The notes: generated by a model not told the origin, from the letters alone. Shown: positions 12,071 through 22,247, counted from the first letter of the stretch. The stretch is DNA of 64,000 bases from Candidatus Zixiibacteriota bacterium (GCA_050117845.1 JASFLY010000001.1:160001-224000); one strand, 5' to 3'. Numbers and translations are program-made.

Positions 12071-12106
12071 AAAAAACCCGGCCGCGAGGCCGGGGTTACT
12101 TTAACG
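12071..12106. terminator. Terminator hairpin, third near-identical copy of the 8806/10709 element
   Basis: AAAAAACCCGGCCGCGAGGCCGGGGTTACTTTAACG. Confidence 0.85.
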
Positions 12107-12113
12107 CTTAACG

Positions 12114-13175
12114 TTATTTCCCCAACCGCTTCAAGTATTCCTCGCTGAAATCTATCTTGAGTTCCACCCACAGCGGCGGGTGGTCGGACATCTGGTATGT
12201 CCGCCATCTTTTATAAAGTTTGTATTTACCCATCAGGGGCCGGTATACGTCCTCCTCGTCGTCCCGGTAAACCCAGTCGAAGAAGTCGAAAACGCCGGCG
12301 TTCGGATGGCTGTCGCCGAGTTCCAACTTGCGCTTCCGGGGCTTAAAAGCGATCTGGTCGTAGAAATGGTCCCGCTTCAGTTTGTCGCTGTCGAGTAGTC
12401 CGTTCGGGACCTCGAAGCCGTTACTCGTAAGCGCATCCATAGTAGCGTGGGTGAGGCCGTGTATATTGAAATCGCCCAGGAGGATGTAGTGATAACCCTC
12501 GTCGATACCCTTCTTGATCTCGTCGTCGGCCCTTTCGGAAAGGAACGTCGCTAACTTCTCAATTTCCTGGCGCCGGTGCTCGAGACCCCGACGGCTTTTA
12601 TCGTCCCAGAAAATATGGACGGTACACAACTTGAACCGGAGCCACCCCGCCTGAAACGCCACTACAAACGGCGACCTCACGAACTGGCGCTTCTGCACTT
12701 TCCCCTGCTTTTTGCCCTCACCGGGTTTGGGCGTATAGGTGATGAGCGTATCGGCCGGGAGCACGATTTCGCCGGCCTCGTTCTTGAACCACACCTTGCG
12801 TTTGTCGTAAAGGAACGCCATCCGTTCCTTGTTGCCGCCCTCCTGTTTGTTCACGTCGGTCACGACGAAATCCCACTCCGGCCCCAGGATCTTTTTTAAA
12901 CGACGCAACGCCGTCAGGTCCTCCCGGACTTCCTGAATCGCGATTACGTCGAACGCGGAGGCGATCTCCGCGAGGTAGAAGATTGCTTCCTGGGACCTTA
13001 TGCCGTAACCCGGGGAATCGAACTCCCGGATGTTCCAGGTCGCCAGCAGGAGCGTTTCGTCCACCGTCTTCCGCGGGACCTCCGCCCTAAGCGCCTTACG
13101 TAATTGGATCAGCTTCCGCGTTACGCGCTCCCTGGTCTCGGCGTTGTACCTTTTTAAAGGATAATAGTACGGCAT
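12114..13175 (-). CDS. Endonuclease/exonuclease/phosphatase (EEP) family protein
   Basis: ATWNI, IAIQEV, LLGDFN, YDQI and SDHPP motifs; AGGAGG RBS. Confidence 0.88.
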   Translation of the reverse strand: MPYYYPLKRYNAETRERVTRKLIQLRKALRAEVPRKTVDETLLLATWNIREFDSPGYGIRSQEAIFYLAEIASAFDVIAIQEVREDLTALRRLKKILGPEWDFVVTDVNKQEGGNKERMAFLYDKRKVWFKNEAGEIVLPADTLITYTPKPGEGKKQGKVQKRQFVRSPFVVAFQAGWLRFKLCTVHIFWDDKSRRGLEHRRQEIEKLATFLSERADDEIKKGIDEGYHYILLGDFNIHGLTHATMDALTSNGFEVPNGLLDSDKLKRDHFYDQIAFKPRKRKLELGDSHPNAGVFDFFDWVYRDDEEDVYRPLMGKYKLYKRWRTYQMSDHPPLWVELKIDFSEEYLKRLGK

Positions 13176-13403
13176 CCCGTTTTACCTCCTTGGATATTGG
13201 CCCCTTACCATATACCGGTTAAATATCGTCCCGACAATCCACCCCAATTAGACGTAGACCGTTTTGCCTCTCATCAAGCTAACACATAGCATACTACGAT
13301 ATTATATTCAACGCTTTACAATGACCGCCGTTAATACGGACAGGATGGCCCCCGGACCCATTTATTATTAATTTACGCGCACCTCAATCCGCGCCGTTTC
13401 CCC

Positions 13404-13820
13404 TTAGCCCAGCCGCTTGCCCATACTCACGCGGTCCTCGACAGCGTAGCCGAGTCGCTCGTAGAAGGCCACGACCCCCTCGTTCGACGCCCGGACCTGA
13501 AGGTTGACCTTATTGCACCCCATCTCCCGCAAGTCTTCCTCGACCCGCGCCATGAGGGCGGCGCCGAAGCCCCGGCGCCGGTATGTCGGCCTCACGGCGA
13601 CGGTGTAGACCCAACCGCGGTGGCCGTCGTACCCGCCCATGGCCGTCCCGACGATTTCCCCACCCTCCGCCGCCACGAAGAAGAGTTCCCGCTGGACGTC
13701 GAGCTTCCGGCCTATGACCTCTTCCGGGACGTTGTGCGCCGGCTCGTCGGGGAAGACCTCCCGCCAGAGCGCCGCGACCGCGGCCTCGTCGTTCTCCTCG
13801 TAGGGCCGAATCTCCATCAT
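13404..13820 (-). CDS. GNAT acetyltransferase (YpeA-like)
   Basis: MGGYDGHRGW, RRRGFG and FYERLGY. Confidence 0.9.
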   Translation of the reverse strand: MMEIRPYEENDEAAVAALWREVFPDEPAHNVPEEVIGRKLDVQRELFFVAAEGGEIVGTAMGGYDGHRGWVYTVAVRPTYRRRGFGAALMARVEEDLREMGCNKVNLQVRASNEGVVAFYERLGYAVEDRVSMGKRLG

Positions 13821-13838
13821 CTTCCTCCTCGCGTAACG

Positions 13839-14906
13839 TTACGCTCCCCCCTCGGGATTAATCCGGTATCTCAGGAGCGCGCCGACGTGGCCCCCCCGGG
13901 CCAGCGCGTCGTCCTCGGCGCCCGCGACGAATTCGACGTGGGCGCCCGTCACCTCGGCGAGGCTCGCCAGCTTCTCCACGACCTCGGGCGCGCCGGGCGC
14001 CGCGTGGTAAAAATCCTTGCCGACGAGCACGGTGTCGACGGCCCCCATCTGCAGAGCCCGTTCCGCGGCCTCGGCCCCGGCGACGGCCAGGCCGCCCCGC
14101 CGCATCTCCCCCGCGTAACGCCGTAGGAGTTCCGCTTCCTCTTCCCGTTCCGCTTCCTCGAGCGCGGGCCGAATCTTCGCGAGCAATTCGTCCTCGCTCC
14201 CGTCGAGGTCCCAGCGCACCGAGGCTATTACCCGCTCCCGCCACGCCGCCGGAAGCTCCTCCTCCACCGCCGCCACCATGCGGTCGCGGCCGGCGAGCAG
14301 GAGGCGGTCCACGCCCTCGGCCGCGAATATCTCTTCCGCCCGGGACGCGACTTCGCCCGCGAAGCGTTCGACCTCCTTCGCCCGGCGCCGCTGGTACCGC
14401 ATCTGCGACCACCCGCCCACCTTCGAGAGGTGGTGGATCTTCTCGCGAAACGACGCCGCTTCCTCGGCCACCCGCCCGGCGGCGACGTACACTTTCGCCC
14501 CGGACGCGTCCACGGTTATGATCCCCACGGGTTGGTACTCGTCCAGTTGGAGCGCGAGCGGCGCGATTACCGCCTCGTCGTCGACGGCGAGCAGCGGCTC
14601 CGGCGGCATAACGAGTTCGACGCCGCGGGTGAAGTCGGCACCCAGGTCGGCGAAGAAGGCCAGGCCCGGGACCGCGTACCCCTTGGCCTTTTCCTCTTTG
14701 ATGTAATCGGACAGGAATTCCAGCGAGCCTTCGAAGTAATCCCGTTCCTCTTTATCCAGAAACGGCGACAGGCGGGACGCTTCTTTCTCGGCAAAGGCCG
14801 TCGCGGCGTCCCAACCGTCCGCCAGCGTTAGGTACGCGGACAGGACCGTCCGGTCGGTTTGGGTCAGTCGGGCGAGTTCGTGTATCACGTCGTCGGTCAA
14901 TTTCAT
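13839..14906 (-). CDS. Bacterial archaeo-eukaryotic release factor (aeRF1/Vms1-like, baeRF) family protein
   Basis: Catalytic-loop motif KVGGWSQMRYQR and eRF1 domain-3-like C-terminus (GAVDTVL..., GHVGALLRY). Confidence 0.8.
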   Translation of the reverse strand: MKLTDDVIHELARLTQTDRTVLSAYLTLADGWDAATAFAEKEASRLSPFLDKEERDYFEGSLEFLSDYIKEEKAKGYAVPGLAFFADLGADFTRGVELVMPPEPLLAVDDEAVIAPLALQLDEYQPVGIITVDASGAKVYVAAGRVAEEAASFREKIHHLSKVGGWSQMRYQRRRAKEVERFAGEVASRAEEIFAAEGVDRLLLAGRDRMVAAVEEELPAAWRERVIASVRWDLDGSEDELLAKIRPALEEAEREEEAELLRRYAGEMRRGGLAVAGAEAAERALQMGAVDTVLVGKDFYHAAPGAPEVVEKLASLAEVTGAHVEFVAGAEDDALARGGHVGALLRYRINPEGGA

Positions 14907-14927
14907 AATATTCCCTTCCGCGTTAAC

Positions 14928-15623
14928 TCAGCCGACCAGCGCCAGGATTTCGGTGAGCGCCGAGATGCGGGGGCCGTCCCACTCGTCCGCGTCCCGGCGG
15001 AAGGCGCCCGCGTCGTCGGCCGGGCGGATCATCAGCGCGTCCATCCCGACCGCCTCGGCGCCCGTGAGTTCGCGGCTGCCGCCGTCGCCGACGTAGAGGC
15101 AGGCGCCGGCCTCGACGCCCAGGCCGTCGGTCGCCAGGCCGTAAATCTCCGGCGACGGTTTCTTCAGGCCGACCTCGGCGGAGAGAATGGCCACGTCGAA
15201 ATGGGCCGCCAACTCGCTACCCGGCCAGGCCTCGACGACCTCCTCCGAGCAGTCGCTTATCAACGCCAATTTGAAACCGCGCTCCCGAAGCGCCGCGAGC
15301 GTCGCCACGGCGTCGTCGCGGGGAACCAGGACGCGCCGCACGAAGTCGACGCGCATCGCGGCCGCTCGCTCCACCTGTTCGGCCGTAACGTCCACGCCGA
15401 GGTCCCGACAGAGCCGGAACAGGCTGTCCCGCACGGTGACCTCGCCGCGGGTCCGGGCGTCGGCCTTCTCGTCCCAGCGGGCCATGAAGTCCGCCGGCGC
15501 CACGCCCAGCACCTCGCACATCTCGTCGACCAGCGCCTCGTATTCCCGCATCGAGAATATCTCCACCAGCGTCCCGAAGAGGTCGAAGATCACCGCCCGA
15601 TATTTAGTGTCCGAATTACTCAT
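14928..15623 (-). CDS. HAD-family hydrolase
   Basis: FDLFGTL, ISD, KPSPEIY and YVGDG. Confidence 0.9.
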   Translation of the reverse strand: MSNSDTKYRAVIFDLFGTLVEIFSMREYEALVDEMCEVLGVAPADFMARWDEKADARTRGEVTVRDSLFRLCRDLGVDVTAEQVERAAAMRVDFVRRVLVPRDDAVATLAALRERGFKLALISDCSEEVVEAWPGSELAAHFDVAILSAEVGLKKPSPEIYGLATDGLGVEAGACLYVGDGGSRELTGAEAVGMDALMIRPADDAGAFRRDADEWDGPRISALTEILALVG

Positions 15624-15653
15624 GCGTGCCCGGCCTTTCTTTTTTGGATTATA

Positions 15654-16511
15654 TTACCCGGCGTCCGCGGCGCCGAGGTCGAAGACGTCGAGGTCGCGGC
15701 CGAACGCCATGTCGCCGCCGTAGCCCTCGCGGACCTCGGCCAACAGCTCCTCCTCGCCGACGCCCCAGAGTAGCTGGTGATACAGGACCAGTAATTTCGG
15801 CTCGGCGCGGGAGGCTAACTCGGCCAGCTCCCGGGAAGACGTGTGGACCGCGGCGTGGTAGCGTTGCCACTCGGCCGGGAGCGAATCGAACGCCGCGGCG
15901 GAGTATACCTCGTGGACGAGGATATCACACCTCCGGCTCTTCTCGATCATCATTTCCGTGGGCGCGCTGTCGCCCGAGATGACGACGCTTCCGGCCGGCG
16001 TGTGGAACCTGTAACCGTACGCGGCCCACGAGCCGTGGTCCACGGCGAACGCCTCCACCTCTACGTTGTCGTCCCGGTAGACGACGCCCGGCTCGACCTC
16101 GTGCGGGACGACCCGCCAGCCGGTATCGTTCGCGGGCTCGAGGCCGCCGAGGCGTTCCCGTACGTCCGCGTCGTACGCGGCCCGGACGTGCTCCGTCAAG
16201 GCCGCGAGGCCCGGCGGCCCGTACACCTCCAGCGGCTCGGCGCGCTCCAGCGTCCACGGCGTGAGTACCAGGTCCGGGTATCCCGCGCAGTGGTCCGAGT
16301 GGAGGTGGGTCAAAAAGGCCCGGGTGAGGCTTTTGGGATCCAACCCCGCGGCGACGGCGCGCCGCACGACGCCCGGGCCGAAGTCGACGACATAGGGCGC
16401 CCCCCCGGCGACGACCGCGACGGCGGGGCCGGAGCGGTTCGGCTCCGCGTTGGGCGTGCCGGTCCCGAGGAGGACTAACCTCGTTTGAGCTTTACCCTTT
16501 TCTTTGACCAC
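15654..16511 (-). CDS. MBL-fold metallo-hydrolase (RNase Z/arylsulfatase-like)
   Basis: LGTGTP, THLHSDH, ISGD, LVHE and LYH. Start position uncertain. Confidence 0.88.
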   Translation of the reverse strand: MVKEKGKAQTRLVLLGTGTPNAEPNRSGPAVAVVAGGAPYVVDFGPGVVRRAVAAGLDPKSLTRAFLTHLHSDHCAGYPDLVLTPWTLERAEPLEVYGPPGLAALTEHVRAAYDADVRERLGGLEPANDTGWRVVPHEVEPGVVYRDDNVEVEAFAVDHGSWAAYGYRFHTPAGSVVISGDSAPTEMMIEKSRRCDILVHEVYSAAAFDSLPAEWQRYHAAVHTSSRELAELASRAEPKLLVLYHQLLWGVGEEELLAEVREGYGGDMAFGRDLDVFDLGAADAG

Positions 16512-16581
16512 AGCGTTTCTCGGGCCGCGCCCCGGCACGGGACGTTAAAGGCCGCCGAACGCCCCGCGCATTACCCACAGG

Positions 16582-17007
16582 TTAAGCGTCGAGGCCTCCG
16601 GCAACGCGGGGGACGACACGCCCCGCGGCGTAGGCCACGGCCAGCGCCAGCACGTTCGTGGGCGCCTGGAACAACCACGTATAATAGATATTCGAGAACG
16701 ACGTCAGGTACCCCTGCGTGGCGTAGTGCAACGGCACGAAGATAACCGGCAGCCACGCGAGCGACGCGACACAGGTCCCGACGTACGCTGCACGGCCGCG
16801 AAGGCGCAAGCGATCCCCGGCGAAACGCGCCGCCGGGACGTACCACAACCCGAAGCCAACGACCGAAAGCAAAACCGCCGCGGGCAACTGGGCAGCGAGC
16901 TGGTGCGATATCCCCGACATTTTATAGAACGCGAAACCGACGAGGACGGCGCCGACGTTGACGGCCGTTAACGCTAAACCGTGGAATAATATCTTAAATA
17001 GTCTCAT
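16582..17007 (-). CDS. Uncharacterised 4-TM membrane protein (paralog of 35723-36130)
   Basis: Hydrophobic; shares TQGYLTSFSNIYY with the paralog. Confidence 0.8.
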   Translation of the reverse strand: MRLFKILFHGLALTAVNVGAVLVGFAFYKMSGISHQLAAQLPAAVLLSVVGFGLWYVPAARFAGDRLRLRGRAAYVGTCVASLAWLPVIFVPLHYATQGYLTSFSNIYYTWLFQAPTNVLALAVAYAAGRVVPRVAGGLDA

Positions 17008-17030
17008 GGATAATTAGTAGCCTTAAGCCG

Positions 17031-17417
17031 TTACCGTTTCGCCGGCTTTATCGAGACGATGTGTATCGTAACCGCCACCGCGACGACGACGAGGACTATG
17101 CGGATCACGACGTTCGATACGGCGAAACAGGCCGAGCTGAGTATTACGACCCACAACAGCGCAATGGAAAATACCTTGACGCCGGGGCGGATCCCCCGGC
17201 CTTCCCGGTAGTCCCGCACGTAGACGCCGAACAGCCTGTTGCCGACGAGCCAGTTGTAGAAGCGGTCGGAACTCCGCGCGAAGCAGGCCGCCGCCAGCAG
17301 GAGGAACGGCGTCGTCGGCAGGATGGGCAGGAAGACGCCCGCGGCGCCGAGGCCCAGGCTGGCGAAGCCGGCGACCACGAGTAGTCGTTTGACGTATGGT
17401 TTCGTCGGTTTTACCAT
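17031..17417 (-). CDS. YbaN/DUF454 family membrane protein
   Basis: LPILPTTPFLLLAAACFARSS signature. Confidence 0.9.
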   Translation of the reverse strand: MVKPTKPYVKRLLVVAGFASLGLGAAGVFLPILPTTPFLLLAAACFARSSDRFYNWLVGNRLFGVYVRDYREGRGIRPGVKVFSIALLWVVILSSACFAVSNVVIRIVLVVVAVAVTIHIVSIKPAKR

Positions 17418-17444
17418 CGAGGCGAAAGAACCACGCTGTAAGGA

Positions 17445-18275
17445 TCAGTGCCGATAAAAGCCGCCCGGCGGCAGGCCGAACTCCCGTATCAATTCGTTGA
17501 ACTCCCGTTCCACGCCGTCCCAGTAGGCCGGCGAGCGGGCGTCCTTCCAGAAGGCCCGAAAGCGCGCCGGGCCGTCGGGCAGCTTCTCGAACGCCGCCGA
17601 CAGCCGGGGCCAATCCGCCGCCCGCACGTTCAACGTCTCGGCGCTCACGCCGGCCGCGTACTCGTGGACCTCCCGGAATATGGAACGCAGGTCCGTGAGG
17701 CCCGGTAGTATGGGGCTGATGAAGACGCCCGTAGGAACGCCGTTCTCGCGAAGTTCGCGCAAGGCGGCGAGGCGCCGCGTCGGCGAGGCCGCCCCCGGCT
17801 CGATTACCGCGGCCGCGCCGTCGTCCACGCCGCCCAGGGAAAACTCCACGCGGCAACGCTCCATGCCGCGGAGGACGTCGACGTCGCGGGCCACGAGGTC
17901 CGACTTCGTGAGGACCGTGACGTCGAGCGGCGAGGCCGCCAGGGCCCGGAGGATACCCGGCATCAACTCGTATTTCCGCTCGAGCGGCTGGTAGGCGTCG
18001 GTCACGCTGGCGATGACGACGTGGCCTCCCGGGTTCCGCATCGACGCGAGCCGTTTTTGCAGAAGCTGGGGCGCGTTGACTTTGACGTCGACGAAGTCGC
18101 CCCACGGCTCCTCGTGACCCGTGAACCGTTTCATGAAGCGAGCGTAACAATAAACGCAGGCGTGGGCGCAACCGGCGTACGGATTGACGGCGAAGTCCAC
18201 CCCCGGGATGTTGCTCTTGTTCAAAACCGAGCGGGCGGCGACCTCCCGCACGGCTACGGCGCGGCTTCCGCTCAC
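17445..18275 (-). CDS. Radical SAM protein (SplB/Rv2578c-like)
   Basis: NPYAGCAHACVYCYA and VTDAYQPLE. GTG start overlaps the upstream TGA. Confidence 0.88.
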   Translation of the reverse strand: MSGSRAVAVREVAARSVLNKSNIPGVDFAVNPYAGCAHACVYCYARFMKRFTGHEEPWGDFVDVKVNAPQLLQKRLASMRNPGGHVVIASVTDAYQPLERKYELMPGILRALAASPLDVTVLTKSDLVARDVDVLRGMERCRVEFSLGGVDDGAAAVIEPGAASPTRRLAALRELRENGVPTGVFISPILPGLTDLRSIFREVHEYAAGVSAETLNVRAADWPRLSAAFEKLPDGPARFRAFWKDARSPAYWDGVEREFNELIREFGLPPGGFYRH

Positions 18276-19276
18276 GGCCTCTTCCCGATGACGAGCGTCG
18301 TGTCGAACGCGGTGTCGCGCCGCTCCACGCCCCCCAGCCCCGCGGCCTCCATCCACCCGCGAATCTCGGCCTCCGTATAGGTGTCGCCGGCGGCGGTGTT
18401 GACGAGCATATTGAGGGCGAAGATAAGGCCCTGGGGCGGGCCGGTCCGGCCTTCGTCCACGACGAAGTCCTGCACGACGAGCCGGCCTCCGGCTTTGAGC
18501 GCGGCGGCGCCGTGCGCTATAAGCGCTTCGTTCTCGGCCGGGGAGTTGCTGTGCAAGAGCTGCGACATCCACACCAGGTCGTAGCCGGCCGGGAGTTCGT
18601 CCGTTACGGCGTCCCCCTCGGCGACGTCTATCTTGTCCGACAGCCCCGCCTCCTCGAGGTAGCGCCGCGTGAGCGGCGTGACGTGAGGGAGGTCGAAGAC
18701 GGTAGCGGTAATGCCCTCCCGGGCCCGCACGAAGGCCGTGGCGTAGGCGCCGGAAGCGCCGCCCACGTCCAGGACGTGTTCCACGCCGGCCAGATCGAGG
18801 GTCGCGACCAGCCGTTCGGCCCGGGCGGAGCCGCCGCCGTGCATGGCCGCGATAAAGGCTTCGGTGCGCCGCTCGGCCGCCTCGCCGGTGGGCCGCTCGA
18901 ATACCGACGTTCCGGCCCGCACGGCCTCGGTCAGGGTGGACCACGAGTCCCACAGGTTTATGGTGTGGGCGAGGCCGGCCATGTATTCGGCCTTGCCTTT
19001 CACGAGGTAGCGCGCCGCGGCATCCACGTTCGTAAACTTGTCCCCCTCCTTGCGGAGGAGGCCCACGGCCGCGACCGCGTTCATCAACCGGTCGGTCGCC
19101 CTGGCGTCGGTACCGAGCGACGCCGCCACCTCGGCCGACGTCTTCGCCCCGTCGCCGAGCGCGGTGAAGACGCCGAGTTCGTACGCGCTCAAGAGGATGC
19201 GGCTACGAAAGAAGGCGCGGGCCAACAGCTGAATGTCGTCGGCGCTGTATTCGGACGGTACGGGTCTGTTATCCAT
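18272..19276 (-). CDS. O-methyltransferase (dimerisation + methyltransferase domain)
   Basis: N-terminal winged helix (ELGVF), LDVGGASG and FDLP. Confidence 0.9.
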   Translation of the reverse strand: MDNRPVPSEYSADDIQLLARAFFRSRILLSAYELGVFTALGDGAKTSAEVAASLGTDARATDRLMNAVAAVGLLRKEGDKFTNVDAAARYLVKGKAEYMAGLAHTINLWDSWSTLTEAVRAGTSVFERPTGEAAERRTEAFIAAMHGGGSARAERLVATLDLAGVEHVLDVGGASGAYATAFVRAREGITATVFDLPHVTPLTRRYLEEAGLSDKIDVAEGDAVTDELPAGYDLVWMSQLLHSNSPAENEALIAHGAAALKAGGRLVVQDFVVDEGRTGPPQGLIFALNMLVNTAAGDTYTEAEIRGWMEAAGLGGVERRDTAFDTTLVIGKRP

Positions 19277-19313
19277 AATTGATACCTCGCTTTATTTCGG
19301 GCCTTTCGGCCGC

Positions 19314-20237
19314 TCAGGCCGCCTCCCGCTCCAGGATAATTTTCAGGTTGCGGGGCAGGACCTCCGCGATTTCGCCGAGTTCCGAGCGCGCCAGCTTCCC
19401 CGCCGTCGCCGCGGGCATTTCCTCCGGCGGCGCCCCGGCCAGGAGGAGCGCGACCTCCTCTTCCGAGAACTCATCCCGTTCCTCGACCCAATCTACGTAG
19501 TCCCGGTTCTCCGGGCACGCGCGCTGGCAATGGAAACAGCCTATAAGCAAATCGTGCCACGAGGGCTCGAGCCACGGCGGGAAGGGGACGCCGGCCTCCT
19601 CCTCGTTATGATAGGTGATGCACCTCTCGGCGTGCAAGAGGAAGCGGCCTCCCCGGATGGCGCCGGTTGGGCAGGCCCGGCGGCAGGCCTCGCACTCGCG
19701 GCAGCGCGGAAGCATCGCCGCGTCGCCCCAGCCGTCTTCCTCGACGGGGAGGTCGGAGAAGAAGGCCGCCAGGCGGTGCATGCTCCCCATCCCCGGCACG
19801 TACGCGACGTTGTTTTTGCCGTAAGCCGCCAGGCCGCTCCGGACGGCGAGCAGCTTGCGCGGCACTATGGCGGGAATCAAGCGGAAACTCTCCGGAGCCG
19901 ACGCCTCGTTCACCGCTTCGACCACGCGCTCGTTTACCTCCCGGGCGCCGAAGTAAGTCGGCGGGACGTCGGCTTTGACGCGTCGCCCCTTCCACGCGAA
20001 GGTAAAACGGATGCTCGGCTGGGGGACTGCGACGACGATTATCGAACGGGCGTCCGGCAAATCCGCGGGGAGGTCGAACGAGAGGTGGGAGAGATATCGT
20101 TCGACGACGCCCTCGTCGAGTAGGCCGTCGCGACGCCGGCCCTCGAATTCCTCCCTAAGTTCGCCCAGCCGCGAAACGGATACGACGCGGCCGCGGAATC
20201 CACGCCTCTCCAGTTCCGATAATACCGTATTAATCAC
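19314..20237 (-). CDS. Epoxyqueuosine reductase-like 4Fe-4S double-cluster protein
   Basis: GLAAYGKNN, CRECEACRRACPTGA, ERCITY and IGCFHCQRACP. Confidence 0.75.
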   Translation of the reverse strand: MINTVLSELERRGFRGRVVSVSRLGELREEFEGRRRDGLLDEGVVERYLSHLSFDLPADLPDARSIIVVAVPQPSIRFTFAWKGRRVKADVPPTYFGAREVNERVVEAVNEASAPESFRLIPAIVPRKLLAVRSGLAAYGKNNVAYVPGMGSMHRLAAFFSDLPVEEDGWGDAAMLPRCRECEACRRACPTGAIRGGRFLLHAERCITYHNEEEAGVPFPPWLEPSWHDLLIGCFHCQRACPENRDYVDWVEERDEFSEEEVALLLAGAPPEEMPAATAGKLARSELGEIAEVLPRNLKIILEREAA

Positions 20238-20887
20238 TCGGAAATCCCGCCCCCATCAACGCTCCGCCCCTCGGCCCGCCGTTTGATGCCGAGCATGCAT
20301 TTGCGCATCATAATAAAATCGCCGAAGTCGACGATGAAATAGCCGAATATGGCGGGGACCTTCCATACGTATCTCGCGTGCAGGCGTGTGACGAGGCGCG
20401 TCCGGCCTTCCCCGTCCGGGTAAAGGCCCCACGCCCACGACAGTATCCCCGTGGGGTGATTCCACACCATGAAGCGCGGCGGCTCGAGCGTCACCACCTT
20501 CATCCCGTCAGTATCGCTGAGGGGGATATCGTCACCCGCCTTCAAACCCTGATACTCCGGCAATATCCGGTCGGCGCTGGGGAGGCCGGCGTTATCGAAA
20601 CAGCCGTAGCTGTAGAATCCCGCGCGGCGATACCCTATCTGCACCAGCCAGGGCCAGACGTCCGCGGCCGAGGCGTCGACCGTCACGGCCCGGGTGGAAT
20701 CGAGGTCCGGGTCCGGGACCAACTCGTCGCCGGGCATGGGCCGGGCCAGTTCCTCCGCCGTGGCGCCCCACGTCAGTTGCCAGGGGCGGAACCATATTAA
20801 ATAAAACAGGACCGCCGCGCAGGCCAGGACGACGGCCGCGAGGGCGGCGAACAGCATACGCCGTATTATCCGTACTCCGCGTGTCAT
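20234..20887 (-). CDS. SRPBCC-like protein with N-terminal TM
   Basis: WGAT..E...MPGD and VWPWLVQIGY.RAGFYSY. Confidence 0.75.
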   Translation of the reverse strand: MTRGVRIIRRMLFAALAAVVLACAAVLFYLIWFRPWQLTWGATAEELARPMPGDELVPDPDLDSTRAVTVDASAADVWPWLVQIGYRRAGFYSYGCFDNAGLPSADRILPEYQGLKAGDDIPLSDTDGMKVVTLEPPRFMVWNHPTGILSWAWGLYPDGEGRTRLVTRLHARYVWKVPAIFGYFIVDFGDFIMMRKCMLGIKRRAEGRSVDGGGISE

Positions 20888-20948
20888 ACTATGCCCTAAT
20901 CCCAATCTATAACGACTTCCCGCGGTCCCCGCGCGTCCACGAGCGGGA

Positions 20949-22247
20949 TTACGCCGTCGGCCCGGAGGCGCCGGAAGGCCGGGGCCGGTGCCTCCTGTAA
21001 AGCCGCTCGGCCACGAACGAGAGCGCCACCACGCCGGCCAAAACCGCGAGCGTTACAGGCGAGTGCCGAAGCACGTAATAGACCAGGACGGCGAACGCGG
21101 CGAGGCACCCGGCCAACGCGAGCCAAATCAGGCCGGGGCGGGCCCCCGTTTCCCGATACAATTTAAGGTGGCCCGCGTTCACCGCGCCGTACACGATTAA
21201 AAAACCGCCGCTGGCCAACGCGGCTATCCGCTCCAGGTCCAGGAGGTTCGCGCACAAGAGCGTCAGGGCCGCGGTAATGTACAGACCCTCCCGGTTGTTG
21301 CGCCACGTCCGGCGCTCGAACAACGCCGGCAGCTCGCCCTCTTTGGCTGTAACGTAACTTATATTCGTGGCGCCGTACAGCTGGGCGTTTATGGCCGAGG
21401 CGGTCGAAAACAACGCCGTCGCGGCCACGACCTTGAAACCCCAGGTCCCCAGGAAAGGCCGCGCCGCCTCCGCGAGAGTATAGTCCTGGGCCTTAACGAT
21501 ATTTGCCACCGGCAGGTTGCCGAAGGCCATCACCGAGACGGATACGTATATTAACATAACTAAAAATATGGCCGCGTACAGCGCCCGCGGGACCGTCCGG
21601 CGCGGATTCTCCATGTCGTCGGCCGCCGTCGCGATAAGGCCGAAACCGGCGTAGGCCAGGAACACCACCGCCGCTCCGTAAAGCACGTTCGGCGCGGAGG
21701 GCCACGATGAGGGCGAAAGTAGCGCCGGCTTCGCGAAGAACAACCCCACGCCCGCCAGGCCGACGAGGACGGCCACCTTGAGGCCGACTATCAAGACCTC
21801 CGCCTTTCCCACCGCCCTCGCCCCCACCAGGTTAATCCCCAGGAATATTAGGACGATCGCCGTCGCGAAAACGTTGGTCCACGCCGGCGACGCCCCCGCG
21901 GCCAGGAAGGAGCGCGCGTATCCGCCGAAGGCCCGGGCGAACAGGGCCAGGCCGACGACGTACGTTATCCATAATAAAATATTGATCCCCCCGCTCACGA
22001 CGCCGGGCCCCCATCCCCGGACGAGGAACTCCACCGTCCCGCCGGCCGACGGGTATTTGACCGCCAGCTTCGCGAACGAATAAACGCTCGCCAGCGCCAC
22101 GAGGCCGGCGATAATAAAGGCCAGGAAGGTCGCGTTGCCCGCCAACCGCCCCGCCACGCCCAGGAGGGAGAAGATGCCGGCCCCGACCATGCCGCCGACG
22201 CCGATGGCGACGCCGCCCCAGAATCCTATGGCTTTCTTCTTGCTCAT
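20949..22247 (-). CDS. APC-family amino acid permease
   Basis: GGMVGAGIF, PSAGG and about 12 TM segments. Confidence 0.9.
   Translation of the reverse strand: MSKKKAIGFWGGVAIGVGGMVGAGIFSLLGVAGRLAGNATFLAFIIAGLVALASVYSFAKLAVKYPSAGGTVEFLVRGWGPGVVSGGINILLWITYVVGLALFARAFGGYARSFLAAGASPAWTNVFATAIVLIFLGINLVGARAVGKAEVLIVGLKVAVLVGLAGVGLFFAKPALLSPSSWPSAPNVLYGAAVVFLAYAGFGLIATAADDMENPRRTVPRALYAAIFLVMLIYVSVSVMAFGNLPVANIVKAQDYTLAEAARPFLGTWGFKVVAATALFSTASAINAQLYGATNISYVTAKEGELPALFERRTWRNNREGLYITAALTLLCANLLDLERIAALASGGFLIVYGAVNAGHLKLYRETGARPGLIWLALAGCLAAFAVLVYYVLRHSPVTLAVLAGVVALSFVAERLYRRHRPRPSGASGPTA

Noticed and set aside
18276..18953. N-terminal extension of the 502-aa radical SAM ORF
   Set aside because: Arg-rich shadow frame over the O-methyltransferase.
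19314..20237. Reductive dehalogenase
   Set aside because: No Tat signal or RdhB anchor, and it is short; it fits the QueG-like family better.
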